Shown: piece by piece, positions 16,901 to 24,085 of the stretch | Numbering within the stretch: position 1 is the stretch's first letter | Layout of the letters: every line of letters starts with the position of its first letter | Virus record (IMG/VR): IMGVR_UViG_3300031848_000025 | Span: 1-30,395 of that record | Reading direction: 5' to 3' (one strand) | Length of the DNA: 30,395 bases | Source: a virus | Lineage: Duplodnaviria; Caudoviricetes | The notes under the pieces: generated by a model | Seen by the model: the letters and a program-made list of their open reading frames with translations, nothing else | Databases searched by the model: none | What the model was told of the DNA's origin: nothing | Translations under genes and position numbers: made by a program

Positions 16901-18942
16901 TCTTTCTCCTCCGTGACATCAGATTCAACGTCTCCTTCCTGTGTAGTCTCTCCGGTAGTTTCTGTGGATTCGGTGTTTCCTTCTCCAACGCTCTCGCTAG
17001 TACCGGTTTGTTCTTGTGCATCCACGCTCTCTGTGCTTGACTTTTGAATGGCATCTGCTTGTTCTTTAAGTAGTACTTCTTTCTTATCAATTACTTGCTG
17101 TGATGTAGGACTATCAATACCTTCTTCTTTCAGAACCTCAATAGCGTAATCTTCAGTCACCACATTTGTAGTGGTCTCAGTGTTCTCACCATCAACAGTA
17201 ACGTCTGTTGCTCTAGCCTCACCTTCTGTGATAGGATTTTCTTGAAGAGAATTAATTTTCTCTTTCAATACCTTAGCCTTGTCTTTAGCTACCTGAGTAT
17301 TATTACCTTCTAATTCGTTTAGCTCTACCTGAAGCTTAGTTACAGCTTTTAGAGTTGGTTCGTTAATGTCAGGAGAAACTTCTTTTATCTTATTCGATAC
17401 GTTAGCTTCCTTGAATCTGCTTTCATATATAGATTGAAGTTCAGGGTCGTTAGCTATGCTTACTTCAGCTTTTATCAAATCAGCTAAAGGAGCTTCCTTA
17501 ATAAACTTAGCCATCATAGGACCTGAGACTTTAGCTTTATTATCAGTACCGTTTATGTGATACTTAGGTGACTTGTATAGACCATAACCAACTGTAAGAG
17601 GTGCTGTTGCAGTACCTGCAATACCTTCAAAACCAATCTCAGCTATATCCATCTCTTGACCTGCTACTAATCGCCCACCAACTTCACCTAAAGAGCCACC
17701 AATAGCTTCAACAGTTCCACCTGCAGCACCCGCAATAAGATTTTTAGTCGCAGTGCTTGTTACTTTTTTACCTACAGCGGTGGCTACTTTGGATGTAACC
17801 TTACCGGCTATACCACCTGATATAGCGTCAATAGCTCCAATAGTTAATCCACGAGCGACAGCCTTGAACCTAATACTATCCATGGCATCTTCATCCCCTA
17901 AAACTCTTCTTATGTTTTCGGTAGTCATCGGCTCACCGTCTAACTCCTCTTGTAGTAATTCTGAATATGTTAATCCTGTTTCAAGAATAGTACCTGCTCC
18001 ACCCATAGCTCCTGCCATAGCACCACCTGCCGTAGTGAATACACCTAAAGGACCTGCAGAAAAACCTGTAGAACCAATAGCCGCACCTGCACCTGCACCT
18101 GCTGCAGCACCCGCCAAAACAGCAGGAGTAACCATAGCACTAACAGATGATACAAATAGTTGTGGTATAACAGTAGGGTTGTCTACGACTCCTTTAATGA
18201 ATCCTAACCATCCGCCACCTAATTCTTGGTAAGTCTCTTGGAAATCATTCATCTCGTCAGAGACTCCTGATTCTTCCATCCTCTTTTGAGCTGCGATGAA
18301 ATCTTGAATATCATCGTCGGTAACGTTCTCTCCTTTAGCAAATAGCTCTAAGGATTCACCAACAGAACCACCTTGAGCTTGACCTGCTGCTCCGGCTCTC
18401 CAAAGGTCACCGAATAAGTCGGTTACCTCGTTTTTCCCGAAGGTTCTTTCAATGGCGGTATCTTTCTCTCCCTTGTGCTCAAACGTTGCACTAGAGAAGT
18501 CTATACCGTTATCGTCTTGGATAGTCGATTCCATTCCGTTGTCTAATCCACCACCTAATTCAGATGATACCATCTCGGTAGTGTCTAATCCTTGCTCTTC
18601 AGCGAAAGATTGGAACTCAGCACCTTGTTGCTCTTGCTCTAGGTTAGCTTCATTCTCTTGAATAGAAGACTCCAACAAGACATTCTCTTCCTGAACGTCC
18701 GGTGTAGTGGATTCCGTAATTTCCTCCGGAGAAACAGAAACGGATTCGTCTTTTTTTTTTACTCCAATAAGGGTAGAGAATTCTTCAGGAGATTTCTCGT
18801 AACCTGCTTCCTTAAATATTGAATATGAATCATTCAAGGCTTGAGGATTGGAATTCATTAGACTTACATACTCGTCAAAAGATTTAGTATAACCTTTCTC
18901 TTTAAATAACTCGTAAGAGTCTTTTAGTGCTTGCTCGTTCAT
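10915..18942 (-). CDS. Giant (2675 aa) polyvalent, probably virion-ejected protein
   Basis: N-terminal duplicated motif; Gly/Ala-rich hydrophobic region; GNAT-like segment (GGTKLDNYDG..L..LY..LGF); zincin HEFGH...EEALVE (14911-14925); long helical C-terminus; last gene of the virion operon. Confidence 0.85.
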   Translation of the reverse strand: MNEQALKDSYELFKEKGYTKSFDEYVSLMNSNPQALNDSYSIFKEAGYEKSPEEFSTLIGVKKKDESVSVSPEEITESTTPDVQEENVLLESSIQENEANLEQEQQGAEFQSFAEEQGLDTTEMVSSELGGGLDNGMESTIQDDNGIDFSSATFEHKGEKDTAIERTFGKNEVTDLFGDLWRAGAAGQAQGGSVGESLELFAKGENVTDDDIQDFIAAQKRMEESGVSDEMNDFQETYQELGGGWLGFIKGVVDNPTVIPQLFVSSVSAMVTPAVLAGAAAGAGAGAAIGSTGFSAGPLGVFTTAGGAMAGAMGGAGTILETGLTYSELLQEELDGEPMTTENIRRVLGDEDAMDSIRFKAVARGLTIGAIDAISGGIAGKVTSKVATAVGKKVTSTATKNLIAGAAGGTVEAIGGSLGEVGGRLVAGQEMDIAEIGFEGIAGTATAPLTVGYGLYKSPKYHINGTDNKAKVSGPMMAKFIKEAPLADLIKAEVSIANDPELQSIYESRFKEANVSNKIKEVSPDINEPTLKAVTKLQVELNELEGNNTQVAKDKAKVLKEKINSLQENPITEGEARATDVTVDGENTETTTNVVTEDYAIEVLKEEGIDSPTSQQVIDKKEVLLKEQADAIQKSSTESVDAQEQTGTSESVGEGNTESTETTGETTQEGDVESDVTEEKEVTKEEYNSEQDFFQKTSPNAWAVDEVSEEVLDESDIREHEGTYGIVTPDGDIKGLFNPNVAKLREGKEAKKGTLRGLMAKLVDAGGTKLDNYDGRLTSLYEDLGFRVTSRTPFNEEFAPEGWNKEKDGTPDVVAMVYDPNNELDIEEKTFEGQESSYDDMTDYRDSFVKPKARHRVDGLEVNDQETSTITEEMNQMDANEIEFEATEASRDYDVNPLEESNSIKKVAKKVLDFIGVKSEKDLLKTLDYFDGIPMLTGMSDILASGTVKDSQGGNMDVDGGIMFNILGKNTEAAWAGVDEAGAKVQYDNAVALYKKNKALFEKLWADGKLPQGHVPMAIARMSDSAINSNEAIFRYISPAIKAAKKKNQVKALADLQVSLEKAKTASQASTVGKKKVAAAIKLQELIKNNKIKNLGQLIDVVLEQSKARAQGDKNTLSLDDRKLLFESIIYPTGAKKSNRAIINSLAEGNPKFNTEAFFADNIYKAIGEPSMMKGAHGDIVAVVGIDVTGNGGVAKVSHDNYGFGPKGKAIALISKPKHGIDVFSTWRAKASRVFKKDKKGRFPTKTATAQQVGGAFFNDKVFQSDSANTKQSNLDVLIGKLKFAFPSVNVANSKAEFDAILNEPGVRTKESEGKVILGLTVDGKIFINPDFDSLATPIHEFGHIWMDYLRSESSGLKGTKLLERGLKLVEGTDALKTAIEKYGDTKLAREEALVELMATKGETIANAAQKSKFKEWLNATFKYIQNNFITSEAVFKANDIENMSLEDFIDTGLADLFSGKPIDGKNKVKFDAKAESKESMARFEVGKDIKSTIKEALALGMSDKQIKFLLEKQGIESSVIKEALSTEKKATQKPVSPTEKTLKGFDRVMSEIDGIVKKSKDRGVKFSEIANNVISYLQKSKAYENATDVQREQMVRDVRKKFLKKEKSAPTASKLIGIKKGAKEITTTDKKLYVKRLNELNEGAKNAKDAIKAASQLIAEDVKSLIKKGNLTNSQGQRILARFAKVDVLNETQVDSFVEYMANVYNKSENVYKNNLIKDIVARVKKSAKKIKTDSGKVKAKSLDAEGQQFFDAMKNVLAKVLATVDGKAVKVDADGVKSSLFPNIEEILGKDESTLTTKEMSELYAYEIFDVVKDIREMSLEQVEALLADIKQGEKGGRSALQARLQEFRAEVAETKAVADKNISESYSELHNEDGSVKDANQLAADKDSRRVKLFGDGLGTSIKKYASEFKFTDMGKFITAMGNNLKHLGTLTNALDKTGTFFRDNVYNALNKMESNYTKGVQSTRTKMDDIAKTIDGINSYKDIKKKLATGVHTITGLTTSKGTPLSSDKFNADQLMRLYALSKNKVQRAKLLKQGITDEKLKQIEDILGVEVVEFADKLVEHLSTEYFEKTNEVYVDVNNVNLGYVENYFPTQTIQTKVSSSLLDDGDFSGVFNAQTSPALKERDDTTGDIDLRGSDFTTTLQDHFDTIERYKSYAKGIKKMNAIFKFSSVNTLLSETGLNKVVKNAINYAVNPNGGNPAIQPNLIDKLMTKYTGFALSFKLVQILKQSTSFVNAFEDYSYRGEGKTKIPGLDLLMFMVDGAKTIATMPAQIKRAWNISPMFQERLLKGLEGDVYGLETGSVTYKQASESQKNKVFKILKSAAGSPTVLGDVLGVMGYMINYNRDIANGMSEADALAKFEDYNATQQSRRGADKIPLQMNSNSLVRGFTMFGSTLFLQMNKVMQSVTNLSRTVAKGKVPTAKDTRALLLNLGVANVMFALAANIAKFIEGEDEDKEEALAKMKEAMSGANLIYHIPYFGAGAEMAVNAVNGEGNKPTSDVVNPITAIYRKLTKLNKKAEDEGDDKDIQNATRVAVEVALGVQFDPFIGLANTFNDGLSEESVYDMLGISPSYRPEGETASKIKADKLGQYDNETDMKRYDRNLWSKTFGPESDNYEQDTIDKKTKSDERKQSRADKDAKYNYDGTKKRKGTRPTKTRPKKGTRPRKTRPKR
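10921..10986. repeat. 33-bp tandem repeat x2 encoding (KGTRPxKTRPK)2
   Basis: 10921-10953 and 10954-10986 differ at 2 positions. Confidence 0.9.
16896..17054 (-). CDS. Candidate overprinted 52-aa basic protein (MPFKSQAQRAWMHKNKPVLARALEKETP...)
   Basis: Same strand as the giant gene but a different frame; ATG with A-rich leader; overlaps a low-complexity acidic linker of the host frame. Confidence 0.6.
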   Translation of the reverse strand: MPFKSQAQRAWMHKNKPVLARALEKETPNPQKLPERLHRKETLNLMSRRRKR

Positions 18943-18951
18943 ATATTAGTC

Positions 18952-21153
18952 TTAGTATTGCCCTGTTGTTATACCGCCTGTTACCTCTACATTACCCCAA
19001 TCATAGTTAGAGGCTAACCCTTCTAAGTTTCCTTGACCTATAGAGTTCAAGTACTCTTGAAGTTTTCTCTTCTCTTTCCTAGCTCCACTTGTTGTCCAAG
19101 CGTTAGGGTTAATTGTAAGAGTTTCTTTAACGTTAGGGAACGAGATAACAATCTCATTCGTTGTAGTCCCACTAACGTCTTCTATACGCATATTACTAAA
19201 CCCTTTCAAGCTTCCGTTTGTGGAATCAGTCATACTAGCTAGGGTTGTTTTGAAATCTTTAGCCTTAACTCCATCGAACATATCGTTCGTAACGGTAGTT
19301 TCAAGAAGTTCATCTAACATAAACGAAGCAGAGTTGTCTTTATCTTCATCACTTTGAACTACAGTAGTCATGTTCTCATGCGTAGCGTAAGAACCTGTAG
19401 TATCGTACTGCAGTTCATCCATAGCCTCAGTAACGTTAAGTTCGTTTACTAGAAGCGCTGATGCAGCATCTATAAAGTCTCTCTTGTTTGATGTGTTTGG
19501 TATAATTTTATTAATTACATAACCTTCCTTGTCGGTCATCTTAACCTCTAGACCTTTTTCAGTTCTATCAATTGAGTTGATATTAGCGTTAGCACTAGAT
19601 AGGTAAGCTAGAGATGCTTCAATCTCAGCCTCAGTTCCATCGTAGATGTTACCAATCTTAGATACCATCTTATTAACCTGTCTCTTCTCTTTAGCGTTCT
19701 TATCTTCCCATTGAGAGAGTTTATCTATATTACGAATCTGAGCCTGATTAAGTAGCGCTGCATTCTGCTGCTTCGTAGGTAAATTTGCTAACTCTAACTC
19801 AGCTCTTTCCTGAGCAGTTGAAGCTTTATTCATATCACTCTCGTGCTTCTCTTCTCTTTGGTCTATTATAGCCTCAGTGTTAGTTATATTTAATTCCTTT
19901 TGCTCAAGGTCATAACCTAAAGCTTCAAGTTCTTTCGGAGACTTAAGGGCTACTACGCTAATTATCTGTTGAGTTCTCTCTGAGTTAAGACCCATCTGTA
20001 AAAGTTCAGCTTCATTCTTAGCAAAGAAAGCGTCAACAGTTTGCTGAGTCTTCTCTTCATCCAACCTAAGCTTACCTAGTCTATGCTTTTTAGCTAACTC
20101 ATTGAAGTCGTTAGCGAATTCCTTAGCGTCGTTAGATAGAGTTGTAGACGTCTTATCTATATCAAGACTAGTTGTTTCTTCGTAACCTAATCTAGCATTA
20201 ATCTGCTCATCTAAAATCTTAGATGCTTCAGCGTTCTGCTTCTTAGTTAACTTTGGTATCAATACACCACTGTTAGGGCTATTAGGGTCAGGAGCAAGGA
20301 ATATGATTCCTTCCTTACCTTCATCCTCAGGGTTTTTAGAGTACGTATACTTATCCTCTAAGTCTGTATCCTTTAAGATACTCTGACCTGAATAAGGAGC
20401 TGTTAAAGCTGATTCAATAATTTTCTTCTTAGCTGAAACGAAGTCCTCACTCTTAAGTAAGCTATTTATAGAACCTACATTGTTTGATTCAAATACTGTC
20501 TTGTATTTATTCTTAAACTGAGCAACATTATCCGTAGCCCACTTATCAATCTTAAACGTATCAATCTGTTGAGACTGTTTATTCTTTAGACTGAAGATAG
20601 AAGACCTTCCATTAGGGTCTTGTGAGGGCTTACCATCAATCATGTCAGCAACAACAACTTGTCCTGTGTTAGGGTCAATATATAGACCGGCTGCAGAAGG
20701 GTCTGAGAATTTTTGCAGGTTAGAGTTGTTCCAAGTTTCTAAAGCCGAGGCTTCACCTGATTGCACCCTTGCCATAGTGGCATCAAAGTTTTTATTAAAA
20801 TCCTTAGACACTTGAAACATATCTGTAGTTCCCTGTTCTAGGTTGGTCTTCTGCGCATTGTAATCCTTCAGCTTAATATCTCCCGCCTTAAGTCTCTTGT
20901 TTAGATTAAGCATGTATTGAGATGCGTCATCAGCAAATACAGAAAGCCTTTCGTTAGCTCCCTGATTAGTACCTTGAGGCATGTCATTGAATCCACGAAC
21001 GTATTCCTTAGACTCATTGTCAATCTCAGTCTTTAAGTCATCACGACGAGTTTGTTCGGTGGTCAACTTCTCAGATAAATCTGTACCTATCTGTCCCCAA
21101 TTAATACCCTCAACTTTATCTCTTGAGGATTGTTTGTAGTACGATGTAGCCAT
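18952..21153 (-). CDS. Putative internal virion/ejection protein (733 aa, coiled-coil rich)
   Basis: Lies between the small ejected-type gene and the giant gene; helical composition, no Cys. Confidence 0.65.
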   Translation of the reverse strand: MATSYYKQSSRDKVEGINWGQIGTDLSEKLTTEQTRRDDLKTEIDNESKEYVRGFNDMPQGTNQGANERLSVFADDASQYMLNLNKRLKAGDIKLKDYNAQKTNLEQGTTDMFQVSKDFNKNFDATMARVQSGEASALETWNNSNLQKFSDPSAAGLYIDPNTGQVVVADMIDGKPSQDPNGRSSIFSLKNKQSQQIDTFKIDKWATDNVAQFKNKYKTVFESNNVGSINSLLKSEDFVSAKKKIIESALTAPYSGQSILKDTDLEDKYTYSKNPEDEGKEGIIFLAPDPNSPNSGVLIPKLTKKQNAEASKILDEQINARLGYEETTSLDIDKTSTTLSNDAKEFANDFNELAKKHRLGKLRLDEEKTQQTVDAFFAKNEAELLQMGLNSERTQQIISVVALKSPKELEALGYDLEQKELNITNTEAIIDQREEKHESDMNKASTAQERAELELANLPTKQQNAALLNQAQIRNIDKLSQWEDKNAKEKRQVNKMVSKIGNIYDGTEAEIEASLAYLSSANANINSIDRTEKGLEVKMTDKEGYVINKIIPNTSNKRDFIDAASALLVNELNVTEAMDELQYDTTGSYATHENMTTVVQSDEDKDNSASFMLDELLETTVTNDMFDGVKAKDFKTTLASMTDSTNGSLKGFSNMRIEDVSGTTTNEIVISFPNVKETLTINPNAWTTSGARKEKRKLQEYLNSIGQGNLEGLASNYDWGNVEVTGGITTGQY

Positions 21154-21157
21154 TGTC

Positions 21158-21820
21158 TTAAGGGTTGATTAGTTGAAGTAACTGTTCGTTAGTAAGGTTA
21201 TTAAGGTTATTTCCTGATATTCCTGAGTTAGCCCAATCGGTCACTATGCCGTTGTTTACGGAATTATCAACAGGCGGTTTGTTCTGATTATACAACTCTG
21301 AATTCCCGTAAGCTTGCATACCTAAGTTAGCTAATGCCGTAACACCTTGTTGTAGTGATGCGTTACTAGCGTTCTGAGCCTGAGCAGAAGCAATACCTGC
21401 ACCTTCAGCTTGCGCTAATTGTAGGTCTTTCCTTTGGTCTGCTAAACTAGCATCCTCAGTAGCTACAAGCTTATTTAAAGCCTCCATCTGCTGAGTCTGA
21501 GTATCCGTAACGTTCTGTTGAGCCATATTAGACTGAGCTAATACCTGACCTGCCGTTGCAGCTCCACCTCTTTCAGATAACTGACCTTGTTGCATTGCCT
21601 GAGCAGCACTAACTAAAAGAGCCTCACGTTGATTATCGTAAGGTGTCTTATTAATACCAAGCTGTTCGAAGTAATTAACATCTAATTCTTTCTCTGCAGC
21701 AGAAAAAGCCTTATCGGCATCGCTCTGAGCTTGCTTAGCTAGATTCTTTTGTTTCTCTGACTGAGCTATAGAGTAGGCTGCTGACCCAACTGCTACTACT
21801 GCTCCTGTTATTGCCGCCAT
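21158..21820 (-). CDS. Putative small ejection (pilot) protein (220 aa)
   Basis: Hydrophobic Ala/Gly N-terminus followed by Ala/Gln-rich helices, as in T7 gp14/P22 gp7-type proteins. Confidence 0.65.
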   Translation of the reverse strand: MAAITGAVVAVGSAAYSIAQSEKQKNLAKQAQSDADKAFSAAEKELDVNYFEQLGINKTPYDNQREALLVSAAQAMQQGQLSERGGAATAGQVLAQSNMAQQNVTDTQTQQMEALNKLVATEDASLADQRKDLQLAQAEGAGIASAQAQNASNASLQQGVTALANLGMQAYGNSELYNQNKPPVDNSVNNGIVTDWANSGISGNNLNNLTNEQLLQLINP

Positions 21821-21821
21821 A

Positions 21822-22226
21822 TTATAGTACTTTTATCATTTCTGCGTTGTAATTGTCACCTTTAAGGTAACCGGTCTTTTCGTAAACATCAATAAGTCCC
21901 TTATGTTTAATTAAAGCGTAAGCAAACTTATTGTTTAATGTCTTAGCTATAGATGTTAGAGTTTCTATAAGTAGCAGTAAAGCTTCTTTACGAGACTCTT
22001 TATATTCTTTATTTGATATAATCCAATCTACCCAAGCAACTTTAGAATTGGTATTGTATAGGAATCCTGCGCAAACAGGCGTTTCTCCATCGTAAATAAT
22101 AACACCGCCTATACCGTCTTGAGGTAGGAAGTCTCTAGCGGGGGCATCCCATCCCCAATCTTTCCACCATCCCGTTAGAATGGCATCATAATCCTCTTGC
22201 TGTAGTGGTCTTGTTGTGAGTTTCAT
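21822..22226 (-). CDS. GNAT-fold acetyltransferase-like protein
   Basis: RPL..EDY, PVCAGFLY, WIISNKEY, L...YEKTGY pattern; position between tail and ejection genes. Confidence 0.75.
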   Translation of the reverse strand: MKLTTRPLQQEDYDAILTGWWKDWGWDAPARDFLPQDGIGGVIIYDGETPVCAGFLYNTNSKVAWVDWIISNKEYKESRKEALLLLIETLTSIAKTLNNKFAYALIKHKGLIDVYEKTGYLKGDNYNAEMIKVL

Positions 22227-22233
22227 ATAACAA

Positions 22234-22241
22234 CAAAGATA
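22234..22241 (-). promoter_or_regulatory. Bacteroidota-type -7 box TATCTTTG
   Basis: In the 22-nt intergenic gap, 7 nt before the GNAT ATG. Confidence 0.65.
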
Positions 22242-22248
22242 CTAAATT

Positions 22249-23055
22249 TTAAGGATAACTTCTCATAAGCTCAGACTCTATTGCGTATAGTTCACTAGCG
22301 GTAGTTACTGAGGTAGGTAGAGTAAGCGTAACTTCAGCGTAATGCCCCATCAATCCAAGAGATTCTGCTTGAGAATTCTTAGCGAACAGCACGAAGTCAC
22401 CAACAGAGGGGTTTGTTCCTGAACCTATAGTTGTATCTACTGTTATTACCGTTTGAGTATTTATCTTATCAAAAAAGGTTAAGCTAACCCTCCCGCAATA
22501 AGTAGCCTCATCGTCACCTGATGGAACGTAGTATATATAATCACCAATATTTAAAGCTAAATTAGGTTGTAGTTGGAATATCATCTGAACAGAGTTTGCT
22601 GATGGTATTATTTGATTAGAAACACCTATACCACCTATAGTTCTAGATTTATAGTCAGACTCTGTAAGTACAGGTCCTGTAGAGTCAACGCCGTCAGTAC
22701 GTATGTACGCAAACCAATTCCCTTCTTTCTTCTCAAAAGTAGTACTATTTATAGTGCTATCCTGAGCTGCAATATCTGTTAATATATTTACAGACCAAGC
22801 ATCAGTAGATTCTAAGCCTATAGTTTTAAATAACTTATTATCTAAAGGGTTTTCATTTATTATGGTCTTTATAACCGAGGGAGATGTAACTCCATAATAC
22901 TCATTACGTGTCTCGTTAGTGTTGTGTCTATATAGTTGTCCATTGTTGAAGCTGTATAGATAGTTATTCATCCCTATCATGTACTCAGGAATGAAGCTGT
23001 AAAACGATGGGAATCCTTTTGCTGATTCACTAAATGTAAGTGTGTGATTTGCCAT
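22249..23055 (-). CDS. Tail protein resembling the C-terminal part of the nozzle/muzzle (stabilisation) protein
   Basis: TLTFSE..KGFPSFYSFIPE, KLFKTI.LE, KKEG.WFAYI, GLMGHYAEV motifs, recalled from C-termini of crAss-like stabilisation proteins. Confidence 0.6.
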   Translation of the reverse strand: MANHTLTFSESAKGFPSFYSFIPEYMIGMNNYLYSFNNGQLYRHNTNETRNEYYGVTSPSVIKTIINENPLDNKLFKTIGLESTDAWSVNILTDIAAQDSTINSTTFEKKEGNWFAYIRTDGVDSTGPVLTESDYKSRTIGGIGVSNQIIPSANSVQMIFQLQPNLALNIGDYIYYVPSGDDEATYCGRVSLTFFDKINTQTVITVDTTIGSGTNPSVGDFVLFAKNSQAESLGLMGHYAEVTLTLPTSVTTASELYAIESELMRSYP

Positions 23056-23064
23056 TTGTCTATT

Positions 23065-24075
23065 TTAACAATTTGAGATAGAGGTTATTACTCCGTGATT
23101 AACATTAAAAGAACAGTAAGGACTTGATGTTGCTGAAGGGAAATAAGCGCTAAGGCTTTTATATCCTCCATCTGCTAGTTGGTCGTATATACCTGAACCT
23201 AATGTGTTGGTCGTGAATATGTAATCACCTACAACAAATTCACCATCTACAGTACCCCTAACTTTCCCATGAACTAATTTTCTACTCCCAAGACCATCAT
23301 TGCATGGGTTTGAAGAAGGATTTAATGATAGGTTTCCTTGAAAATCATAAAGCAATGTAGGGCACTCTACGGATATTTTTGGTTGAGGTGAGCACGGATA
23401 CACGGCTGTAACTCTTAAGATGTTATTAGCAGCGCTACTAGGTATGTAAGATACCATATTACCTACAGTACTAGCTAAACCTACAACGATTCTATAAGTG
23501 AAGTAGTAGTCATTAAATATTCCTGTTGGTATAAATAAACCTGAGGTTGGGTTATAGCTATAAGTCTCTAATATAGTGTCAGACGGAGGTGTGTCTATAC
23601 CTTCATCCCAAGACAAGCAAGGTGCTTTAAAGGAATTCGCATAGAAGTACGTTAGATTATTTACATTAGCAGCTCCTTGTGCTGCCAAATATGCTCCCGG
23701 GTATCCGGAATCACCTGTAGAAGAAAATGTGTTAAAGCTACCGTTAGCGTCCTGCTTTATACCTATACCAACTACAGACTGATTTAACCCAAAAACGGTA
23801 ACCTTTATTGCTCCAACAGAGCTACCCATATTGTAATCTAGGGTTGTTCTGCAGGGGTTTGTAGGGTTTATAGATATGTTATGTTCGCACATAACACTAG
23901 AACATGTAGGGCATACAGTTGAAGGACCTAATCCGTCGACTGTTTGCTCTCTAGATACAACACCGTTTGAGTATAATCCGTTAGGTGCAAGTATTGTCAT
24001 GTCTATATCAGAATACACTGCTGTTGCATTCTGAAGGGAAGACCCGTTTATGTAGTAATTTGAGTAAGTTGCCAT
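23065..24075 (-). CDS. Cys-containing beta-rich tail accessory/fibre-like protein (336 aa)
   Basis: Ser/Thr/Gly/Asn-rich with multiple Cys motifs; located within tail genes. Confidence 0.6.
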   Translation of the reverse strand: MATYSNYYINGSSLQNATAVYSDIDMTILAPNGLYSNGVVSREQTVDGLGPSTVCPTCSSVMCEHNISINPTNPCRTTLDYNMGSSVGAIKVTVFGLNQSVVGIGIKQDANGSFNTFSSTGDSGYPGAYLAAQGAANVNNLTYFYANSFKAPCLSWDEGIDTPPSDTILETYSYNPTSGLFIPTGIFNDYYFTYRIVVGLASTVGNMVSYIPSSAANNILRVTAVYPCSPQPKISVECPTLLYDFQGNLSLNPSSNPCNDGLGSRKLVHGKVRGTVDGEFVVGDYIFTTNTLGSGIYDQLADGGYKSLSAYFPSATSSPYCSFNVNHGVITSISNC

Positions 24076-24085
24076 TTATTTTTAT

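Noticed and set aside
10915-18942. Virion RNA polymerase as in crAss-like phages
   Set aside because: No DxDxD catalytic motif found; the only DFD (NPDFDS) lies within the zincin domain.
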